A stretch of DNA of 22,529 nt from a virus (lineage: Duplodnaviria > Heunggongvirae > Uroviricota > Caudoviricetes). Location: IMG/VR virus record IMGVR_UViG_3300022862_000263; one strand, written 5' to 3'. The notes beneath the pieces were generated by a model. It was given only the letters and a program-made list of their open reading frames with translations, had not been told where the DNA came from and ran no database searches. This document shows positions 16,016 to 22,529 of this stretch, one piece after another. The position numbers were made by a program, and so were the translations under genes. Each line of letters starts with the position of its first letter. Position 1 is the stretch's first letter.

Positions 16016-16065
16016 AATCTCATGGCTGGATGATATCAAAATTACCATGCATTGTACATTCAATG

Positions 16066-16106
16066 GCAACAAGCCCCGCCAGACGCGTTCTAGCGGGGCT
16101 TGTTGC
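16066..16106. terminator. Long perfect hairpin, probable terminator of 16106..16444
   Basis: GCAACAAGCCCCGC (16066-16079) pairs perfectly over 14 bp with GCGGGGCTTGTTGC (16093-16106). Confidence 0.75.
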
Positions 16107-16444
16107 TAGTAGTACATGAAGTAGTCGTCGTAGGATCGCTTTGTCAGCGACGGAATGACTACCTCAAAATCACCACGCTCAAGCGCTTTATGAATGGCCT
16201 TGTCGCACTCACGGGCCTGGCGCTTTACGTCAATCGTGCGAACGTACCTCGGGACGCCGGTCGAGTATCGCTCGAAGCGACTCATAGCCCTGTACTTGTC
16301 GCGATGAAAGTCGATCATCGCTAGCTTGGCGTACTGCTCGTAGCTATCCTCTCCGTCATAGTCATGACGGCTTTTCAGCTGGCCGATCTCAACGTAGCCC
16401 TTGTTGGTGGTGGCGACGCGGGTGCGGCGGATAGTTCTGGACAT
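16106..16444 (-). CDS. Phage-type basic hypothetical protein (MSRTIRR start)
   Basis: GGAGAG RBS before ATG 16444. The longer track start (16600) runs through the divergent promoter region. Confidence 0.72.
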   Translation of the reverse strand: MSRTIRRTRVATTNKGYVEIGQLKSRHDYDGEDSYEQYAKLAMIDFHRDKYRAMSRFERYSTGVPRYVRTIDVKRQARECDKAIHKALERGDFEVVIPSLTKRSYDDYFMYY

Positions 16445-16593
16445 TGTGCTCTCCGATTTGAGTAACACAATCGAGTGCTTTTTTCTTGGATGTACTTCAA
16501 GGTCGTATCCTTGAGATGTTAGGTAGTGGTAGGAATTTTGTACAAGGTTGCAGAGAAAATCAATGCTTGAGGCTGTATCAGAATTACAATCAA

Positions 16594-16621
16594 TTGACAT
16601 TTTTCACCGGCATGGTATTTT
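16594..16621 (+). promoter_or_regulatory. Putative sigma70 promoter for the pyruvyltransferase gene
   Basis: TTGACA (16594-16599), 16 nt, TATTTT with an extended -10 TG. Confidence 0.6.
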
Positions 16622-16686
16622 GCCACCTAAATGGAGAGCAAGCTCACAAGCTCGCTGAATATGCCTGATTTTCAAGGATTTTCTGC

Positions 16687-17484
16687 ATGAAACCGATCAA
16701 ACTTTACTGGTGCCGTGGCCGTGGTCGCTCGGACGAAAGTCAACAGAATTTCGGCGACTACCTCTCGGCTGATTTGGTCGGGCTTTTCTCAGGTCGCAAT
16801 GTCGTCCACGCGCCTGTTCAGAATGCCGACATGATTGCAGTAGGTAGCGTGCTCGGGCGTGAGAAGAAAGCGAAAAGGTGGGGATTCTCTCGCACGCTTC
16901 ATATCTGGGGTACTGGGTCTGGCGATGAGGTCGCCGAATACTCTGGCCATCACCAGTATCACGCGGTTCGTGGGCTGCGTACTAAAGCTCAGATAAAGGG
17001 CTTAAAGGGATCTCCAGTTTTGGGGGATCCTGGCCTCCTGGCCCCATGGTTGATCAACAAACCGCCCAAGAAGATCAGGGTCGGAGTGGTGCCCCATTTT
17101 AGCCACCACAACACGCCGGAAATTGACGCTCTGCTAAAAATGATTCCCGGCTCCCGTATGATCAACGTTTTTTCTCCGGTGAAACAGGTGTTGGAAGAGA
17201 TCGCGTCTTGTGATTTCGTTCTGTCGACCAGCATGCATGGCCTGATTGTGGCAGACTCCTTCGGCGTTCCGAATCAGTGGATTTGGCTTGGAAGAGACTC
17301 TATTGGTCACTTCAAATTCTCGGATTACTACTCCAGCTATGGTTTGTTCGGCCAGAGTCCAGTCTCTGTCAAAGACATGCTCAAGGAGGGGATCTGGGAT
17401 GTGGATTCGTACATGGAGAGCTACCACCGACCTGGCCTGGAAGCCATGCAAAACAATCTGATTACGTCCTTCCCGGCCATCTAA
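16687..17484 (+). CDS. Polysaccharide pyruvyl transferase family protein (ExoV-like)
   Basis: NFGDYLS, AVGSVL, IWGTG, HAVRG, GDPGLL, GVVPHFSH, STSMHGLIVADSFGVP, FKFSDYY. Confidence 0.88.
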   Translation: MKPIKLYWCRGRGRSDESQQNFGDYLSADLVGLFSGRNVVHAPVQNADMIAVGSVLGREKKAKRWGFSRTLHIWGTGSGDEVAEYSGHHQYHAVRGLRTKAQIKGLKGSPVLGDPGLLAPWLINKPPKKIRVGVVPHFSHHNTPEIDALLKMIPGSRMINVFSPVKQVLEEIASCDFVLSTSMHGLIVADSFGVPNQWIWLGRDSIGHFKFSDYYSSYGLFGQSPVSVKDMLKEGIWDVDSYMESYHRPGLEAMQNNLITSFPAI

Positions 17485-17504
17485 TCCAAAGGGTTCAGCA
17501 AAGC

Positions 17505-17816
17505 ATGCAGAAGGATCGGTTAGTGACCATCGTAAACGCTGGCGCTTCTGTGTCTCCGCTGAACCTGCGCACATGGCTGCGCTCGGAGTTGATCCGTCAA
17601 AGCTACTCTGGCCACAAGCATGGCGGAGTGGCGGTGTATGTGTTTGTTACAAGGGCATTTTTCACAGCCCTGGGGGCGAGGAAGCTTCATAAGATCGTCG
17701 GAGATGCTGTCGACCTTCATCACTGGGTCTTGGAGGCTCAAGTGCTAACTACTGAAGATCCGTTGACCACCGCAGAAGCTGCCTACTTTCTCGAGAACAT
17801 GCTTGTTAAGCGATGA
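17505..17816 (+). CDS. Hypothetical protein
   Basis: 103-aa ORF from ATG 17505, 20 nt downstream of the pyruvyltransferase stop. Weak RBS. Confidence 0.5.
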   Translation: MQKDRLVTIVNAGASVSPLNLRTWLRSELIRQSYSGHKHGGVAVYVFVTRAFFTALGARKLHKIVGDAVDLHHWVLEAQVLTTEDPLTTAEAAYFLENMLVKR

Positions 17817-17921
17817 GCTTACTGAATTTATGGCATTGATCCAGTACTTCGGTGCTGGGTACAGTCTTAGGAGCGGGCATGTGGATCCGTATTTAGGCGC
17901 CAGACCCATAGGAATTTCTTA

Positions 17922-18419
17922 ATGAGCGGCTCAACACATTCGAACAACCACCTGATCCTGAAAAAACCTGGCGATGGTTGTATTCATAGCCTTATTGACA
18001 CCTTCAAGGCTGTCGGCGGTGAGACGATCATTTTTGCTTTCAAGAAAGATCTTGACAATGAACTTATGGAGCGTTTGAAGTCGGCCACAAAGCTGGTTGA
18101 TGCCCCGGCCAACATCGTTTTTGACTTCACAGGGTTAGATAGCCTCAACCGCTGGGCGCCGCCAATTTCTTCGATTCTTGATAGCCACGTGATTGCCGGC
18201 GTACAGCTGCCAAAAGGTTCTGTGATCGTAACTATTGTGCGTGATCAGTCAGAGGTGATAGAAAGTGCCGCTTTCGAAGATATTTCCTCGAAGTGTGCCG
18301 AACCTGTGTCCAGATTGGATATGCAGTCCTTCCGAGAGCTTGATCGGGCTATCAAAGCGACCAGGGCCGAAACTGAGCCGAAAGCGGACAAGTCGAGCGA
18401 ATACATCTATACGCTGTAG
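17922..18419 (+). CDS. Degenerate MoxR/AAA_5-like AAA+ domain protein
   Basis: LKKPGDGCI (compare GPPGxGKS), GLDSLNRWAPP (compare FLDELNRAPP), ILDSHVIAGVQLPKGSVIV (compare ILDRRIGxxxLPxGxxIV). Confidence 0.55.
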   Translation: MSGSTHSNNHLILKKPGDGCIHSLIDTFKAVGGETIIFAFKKDLDNELMERLKSATKLVDAPANIVFDFTGLDSLNRWAPPISSILDSHVIAGVQLPKGSVIVTIVRDQSEVIESAAFEDISSKCAEPVSRLDMQSFRELDRAIKATRAETEPKADKSSEYIYTL

Positions 18420-18433
18420 AATTTCTGCAGGGA

Positions 18434-18458
18434 AGGCCCGACTTCGGTCGGGCTTTTT
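18434..18458 (+). terminator. Rho-independent terminator
   Basis: GCCCGAC-TTCG-GTCGGGC-TTTTT. Confidence 0.88.
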
Positions 18459-18482
18459 CGTGCCAAACACATGGAGTTGCAC

Positions 18483-18992
18483 ATGGCAAAGGTAGAAACG
18501 CTGACCCTGGCGCTTAAAGGCGAGTACTTCGATCAGATCAAGGCCGGCGTCAAAACTGAAGAGTTTCGTCTGGTGAGTCCGTACTGGGAAAAGCGCCTGA
18601 TCGGTCGGCAATACGGTGCTGTTGAGCTGACTCGCGGATACCCATCTCGAGACGATGCATCCAAGCGGATAGTGCTACCTTGGCAAGGCTACCGCGTCAC
18701 CATCATCACGCACCCGCATTTTGGGAGCGACCCGGTTGAGGTTTTTGCCATCAATGTCAAAGAGCCCGAGAGGCCGACAGCGGACTGGTCGCAAGCTCCC
18801 GAAGGGGCTACCCACGTGATCCGCTCACCTTGGAGCCAGCGGGTTGCCTGGGTGATGATCGCAAACCGGGAGGAGGCCTTTTGGCGTTGGCCTGGCGCGA
18901 AGAACTGGCGCCCATCTTCAGAAACTCCCCCGGTCGTGCTGCAGAATACGTATATTGAGGCAAAGCCAATTTTCCAGGGTGCACAGACATGA
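18483..18992 (+). CDS. ASCH/PUA-like domain protein with a C-terminal phage-type APEGATH module
   Basis: LTLALKGEYFDQIKAGVKTEEFR...YW...LTRGYP...HPHFG (ASCH), then DWSQAPEGATH. GGAG RBS before ATG 18483. Confidence 0.8.
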   Translation: MAKVETLTLALKGEYFDQIKAGVKTEEFRLVSPYWEKRLIGRQYGAVELTRGYPSRDDASKRIVLPWQGYRVTIITHPHFGSDPVEVFAINVKEPERPTADWSQAPEGATHVIRSPWSQRVAWVMIANREEAFWRWPGAKNWRPSSETPPVVLQNTYIEAKPIFQGAQT

Positions 18993-19171
18993 AAGAGCTT
19001 GAGGTTGGACAGGTCTGGGAGGAGGTGTATCCAGGCTACATTCGGCACGTAGAGATCGTGGGCTTCTGTGACAAGACCGGCAAGGTGTTGATCAAGGGCG
19101 CCAGCAGGGTCACCAGGGCGAAGCCTGAGCGCTTCAACGGCAAGACTGATGGTTACGCATTCGTCCGCTGA
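18989..19171 (+). CDS. Small SH3-like phage-type hypothetical protein
   Basis: ATGA coupling. LEVGQVWEE...RF...GY pattern. Confidence 0.65.
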   Translation: MKELEVGQVWEEVYPGYIRHVEIVGFCDKTGKVLIKGASRVTRAKPERFNGKTDGYAFVR

Positions 19172-19303
19172 GCGAAGGTATCTAAAAGCCGCTAGGCGCT
19201 CCAAGTGACTGAACGGTTTCATGTGATCCTCCAAAACAATTTACTAAAATTGTCATGATAGAGGCGGTACAAGCCAAAGTGCCGCCGTGATCCTAGAGTC
19301 ACC

Positions 19304-19880
19304 ATGAAATTTAAGATTCGTTTGCTCGCCGCCTCGATGACGCTTGTGTTGCTGTCTGGCGGCGCAGTGGACGGCATGAGCAAGACCGCCGTGTACGGCG
19401 GTATCGGTGTCTTGGCTGGCGCTGCGACCGGCGCCGGCTACGGCTAGTATGTCGACAAGCAAGAAGCTCAATTGCGCAAGCAGCTTGCAGGCAGTGGCGT
19501 CGAATTGCAGCGCCAGGGCGAGCGCATCAAAGCTGATTAGGCCTGGCAAAATCACCTTCCAGAGCAACTCGGCGGACGTGTCGAGCAGCTTCTACAACCC
19601 GCTGAACCAGGTAGTTGCTTCTCTGAAGCAGTATGACCAGAGCTTCGTCGATGGCGCCGGCCACACCGATAGCACCGGTTCTCGCCAGCGCAACTTGGAT
19701 CTCTCGCGGCTGAGGGCATAGAGCGTAAGCAATTACCTCATTGCCCAGGGCGTTGCTGGTACTAGGATCGTTAGTCGCGGGGTGGGGTCAGATCAGCCAA
19801 TTGCCTCCAATGCGACAGAGGCCGGGCGTCAGGAAAACCGAAGGGTGCAGATCAATCTGAGGCCGCTAAATCCGTCGTAA
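19304..19880 (+). pseudogene. OmpA-family (YiaD-like) lipoprotein pseudogene
   Basis: Signal peptide with lipobox LSG-G (Cys lost), shortened Gly-zipper, TAG at 19445-19447, +1 frameshift in the AAA at 19529-19531, TAG at 19719-19721. OmpA_C motifs GHTDSTG, NLDLS..RA, RGVG..QPIASN...GRQENRRV remain readable. Confidence 0.9.
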
Positions 19881-19911
19881 GCTTAATCCGCAGGCCAGTT
19901 TCGCCTCGTAA

Positions 19912-19938
19912 AAGGGCAAGCACGCCTCGCTTGCCCTG
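19912..19938 (+). terminator. Hairpin downstream of the ompA pseudogene
   Basis: AGGGCAAGC-ACGCCTC-GCTTGCCCT. Confidence 0.55.
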
Positions 19939-19999
19939 CTGGCATCCGGGTATCTGTCGGCTTAATAGCGCCGGTAGCGCTGATCCCGTCGACCCGTCG

Positions 20000-20140
20000 A
20001 ATGTCTAGAAATGTCTAAAAATATCTAGCTAATTGAGGATTAGACATTCATCATCATGGCCCCAAACTACCAATAAAGCATTGATTTAACTAGCATCTCG
20101 GTCTTGGGTATAGCCATCTGAGGACTTGTTGAATGTCTAA
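20000..20140. repeat. AATGTCTA(A/G) repeat cluster with an IHF consensus site (att-arm-like)
   Basis: Three 10-bp-period direct copies (20000-20029), an inverted copy TTAGACATTCA (20040-20050), IHF consensus AATCAA-TGCT-TTA on the minus strand (20074-20086), and a further copy TGAATGTCTAA (20130-20140). Confidence 0.65.
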
Positions 20141-20589
20141 AGGATCTGTCAGCGCCACCGACTGAGGTAGCCAGTGATCGGCGGCAGCGACCTCATGGGC
20201 GATCTGCTCGGAGCCTAAGTTTCCCCGACCCACCTTTCTCAATTTACCCACCTGCATCCAACCACGGCACAGAGCCCTGCTTCTCACTTTCCAAGACCCA
20301 GCGGTAGCATCAGCTCGGATTGCTCCCAAAATTGCCTTAACCGCATGCCATGCCTGAACATCGATACCGGCAGCAACCACTACGAGCGATGACTTAGTCA
20401 GACTTCCTGAGCCATTGTCAAAATAAGTTAATATGTTACCAAAATATCATTTGGCCATTTAATGATGTCACCAACTGTAAAAAAATATTACATGTCAATT
20501 TTAAATGCACAGGCAGCTAACTTTTTATTGAAGTGTTCCATTGAATTAGAGAGACTAATGAAAATAGCAAGCAAGCAAGGAAGAGAGAG

Positions 20590-22116
20590 ATGCGCCGACA
20601 AAATGGTGGTTTTACGCTTTTTGAAGTCATTTTGGTGGTGGCCATTTCTACATTGTTCGCCATGCTTTCCTTTTACGAAAAACAGATCGACTTTGAACAA
20701 GCTAGGGCTCGTCAAGTCGGTGGATTTTTATATCAGTACAACAATGCGGTGCGAAGTGCTCTGTCAAAGGGGCTCGTGACATCCACGACTACTAAATATG
20801 GATCGGACTGGCTGAAAAATAGCACATGCGGAGGCGTGTTGACAGTTGGTGAGGAATTCCTTCCTTGCGATTTCCCATCAGCAACCGTTGTCGACCCAAT
20901 CCCCTTCGGTAGGTTGAGTTTTTCAACCGCTATAGTAGTTACCGGTACCGCTCCAACAAAGAAATTTACAGCAACCACGATTACCTCAGCATTCTCAATG
21001 GCTGACTCCTCCGGTTCAGCCGCTAGACCTCGAGCAGACCTTGCTGGGATTGCTGCCCTGTCTGCTGCAGCAGCGATGACATCTGGTTTTGAGGTTACTC
21101 CTGGTGGTGGTCTTAGGCCTTTCACAGCGGCGACAGACTCTAGCTACAAAGTGGATCCTACTAGCTCAAAAATCACCATCACCGCTGCCAACAATGCTTC
21201 TAATGACGCGTGGTTACGAACCGATGGCTCTAATGCCATGCATGCATCCCTAACCTTCGATGGCCCTAATCCCGTAGATCGCATGATCACTGGTGCCTCC
21301 ATTATTCAGAACTTTGCTGGTCAAACCTTGAGGCTGGGATCGGGATCTGCCCTTAGCCCTGTCACCTCATCAGGTGTAGTCATTGCTTCCGGGGCAGAAG
21401 TACTCGGTGATTTTAGAGTAAGGAACTCAATCGTCACAGATGGCAATGGTTCTGTTGCAGGTTCACTTTCGGTAGGCGGAGCTATAAATTCCGGTGGGAA
21501 TATCTCTACAAATAGCAGTCTGATAGCAAGTGGAAATGGGTCTATCGGAGGATCTCTGTCAGTTGGTGCAGGTGGGGTCTACTCAACAGGAAACGTCTCG
21601 ACACCTAATAATATGATCGCAAGCGGAAACGTAAACGCTGGCGGCGCCATGTATGCCCAACTTTTCGTGGACGCTAACGACGGCAGTTATTACGTCGATC
21701 CGAACGGGGTATCCAATTTCAACAGCATCTATGGCACCTACATCGAATCAAGAGGTCGCGTCCGTGCTAACGAATATGTCGAAATTACCGGTGTAGCTGT
21801 TGAAGGAACTGGATGCTCACCCAACGGCTTGATGGGGCGAAACGCTGCCGGCGCTCTAATTTCATGTCAGAACGGGCAGTGGAAATTGAACGGTGGTATC
21901 GGCTTGAGCCAGCAACAGTCCGGAATCTGTCAGCCGGCCTATGTGTCGTCAATGACATGTGTGCTTCCAGACGCTAGCTGGTACTGCACGCTTTCAGGTG
22001 TTTCAGGCGCTGGTGAGGAGGAAGATGGATACGTGTACCTCAGCGGGAATAATTGGTACCTCTATGCGCAGCGTGGAGCATGGCCGGCGCGGTACCGCTG
22101 GACATGCTTCAAGTGA
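20590..22116 (+). CDS. pilV: Type IVB pilus tip adhesin, shufflon PilV-like, with a single fixed C-terminal domain
   Basis: Prepilin cleavage site G|FTLFE and a hydrophobic helix, WLRTDGSNAM, Gly/Ser/Asn beta-helix-like repeats, and ANEYVEITGVAVEGTGCSPNGLMGRNAAGALISCQNGQWK (PilV constant-region end), then a Cys-rich tip domain. Confidence 0.82.
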   Translation: MRRQNGGFTLFEVILVVAISTLFAMLSFYEKQIDFEQARARQVGGFLYQYNNAVRSALSKGLVTSTTTKYGSDWLKNSTCGGVLTVGEEFLPCDFPSATVVDPIPFGRLSFSTAIVVTGTAPTKKFTATTITSAFSMADSSGSAARPRADLAGIAALSAAAAMTSGFEVTPGGGLRPFTAATDSSYKVDPTSSKITITAANNASNDAWLRTDGSNAMHASLTFDGPNPVDRMITGASIIQNFAGQTLRLGSGSALSPVTSSGVVIASGAEVLGDFRVRNSIVTDGNGSVAGSLSVGGAINSGGNISTNSSLIASGNGSIGGSLSVGAGGVYSTGNVSTPNNMIASGNVNAGGAMYAQLFVDANDGSYYVDPNGVSNFNSIYGTYIESRGRVRANEYVEITGVAVEGTGCSPNGLMGRNAAGALISCQNGQWKLNGGIGLSQQQSGICQPAYVSSMTCVLPDASWYCTLSGVSGAGEEEDGYVYLSGNNWYLYAQRGAWPARYRWTCFK

Positions 22117-22126
22117 TTTTAGCCTG

Positions 22127-22501
22127 TCACCAGGTTAGCTTTTTCTGACTGGCTTGTAGGTTGTGCCTGTACATACGCTCCAGGATGATGAAGTTGCAGC
22201 TACCTAGCCTGGTGCAGTAGGCATCGATCACCTGATCCAAAATTTTTCGGTTCTGCGCCTCAGTAAGCTTCTTGAATGCATCAAGGTTCGCTCGCTCCAT
22301 TCTGCGCAAAGTCACGTCCTGGCACATGTTGAGGTTTGTGCAGTACTGAGTTTTTGTGACGTTGGTGATGAACTCGATGACCTGAGTTTTTTGAGCTTCA
22401 GAGCCGTCGAAATCCATAGGGTGGAAGGGCAGCGTGGTGGCTATCGCCATCGTTGGCGCGAACAAGGCAGCCGCGAGCAAGCGTCGCACGATCTTGAGCA
22501 T
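22127..22501 (-). CDS. Secreted/periplasmic hypothetical protein with two Cys-pair repeats
   Basis: GGAGG RBS and a Sec-type signal (MLKIVRRLLAAALFAPTMAIA). Duplicated YC...C motif (YCTNLNMC / YCTRLGSC). Confidence 0.8.
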   Translation of the reverse strand: MLKIVRRLLAAALFAPTMAIATTLPFHPMDFDGSEAQKTQVIEFITNVTKTQYCTNLNMCQDVTLRRMERANLDAFKKLTEAQNRKILDQVIDAYCTRLGSCNFIILERMYRHNLQASQKKLTW

Positions 22502-22529
22502 GATTTTGTACCTGGAGGAACTGATGTTA

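Noticed and set aside
19253-19721. ORFs 19253..19567 (-) and 19407..19721 (+)
   Set aside because: These are the antisense shadow and a post-frameshift fragment of the ompA pseudogene.
20090-20380. 96-aa minus-strand ORF
   Set aside because: No RBS, no recognisable motif, and it overlaps the repeat cluster. Probably non-coding or an unrecognisable remnant.
21440-21660. Internal repeats in pilV as a DGR variable/template repeat pair
   Set aside because: The similarity is at protein level (Gly/Ser/Asn beta-helix repeats) with synonymous divergence, not adenine-specific, and no RT is present.
21864-22529. Shufflon (sfx repeats and invertible pilV tips)
   Set aside because: ATGTCAGAACGGGCAGTGG matches the recalled R64 sfx sequence at only 11 of 19 positions, all explained by the encoded CQxGxW. 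No second copy or rci gene is in the window.
1-22529. CRISPR array, tRNA/rRNA genes, integron attC array, IS/transposase
   Set aside because: No regularly spaced repeats with spacers, cloverleafs, attC core pairs or transposase motifs were seen by eye. tRNAscan-SE, IntegronFinder and ISEScan would be needed to exclude them formally.

Overview
A gene-dense accessory region, most likely from a large conjugative Pseudomonas-type megaplasmid or a related mobile element (inference). Support: a PIN-PhoH gene and an OmpA-lipoprotein pseudogene of Pseudomonas type, a shufflon-class type IVB pilus tip adhesin (PilV-like), and about 30 short phage/plasmid-like ORFs. No rRNA, tRNA, CRISPR array, transposase or intact integrase was seen. 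Recognisable genes: ART-PolyVal-like ADP-ribosyltransferase, PhoH2, DUF6088/AbiEi-like protein, GNAT, ParB/Srx-like protein, Lar-like protein, PtuA-like ABC ATPase, YkgJ protein, polysaccharide pyruvyltransferase, ASCH protein and PilV. The most notable observation is a unit at 13016-14665: a near-consensus sigma70 promoter drives a ~95-nt structured RNA with a possible pseudoknot and an intrinsic terminator. It is followed by a 129-aa unknown protein and a Septu/retron PtuA-like ATPase whose catalytic Walker-B Glu, switch His and ABC signature are all substituted, with no HNH partner gene. Other apparently catalytically degenerate enzymes, orphan antitoxins, stand-alone polyvalent-protein domains with acidic C-tails and an att-like arm/IHF junction suggest an anti-defence or establishment cargo region. 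All family calls come from motif recognition by eye, not database searches.
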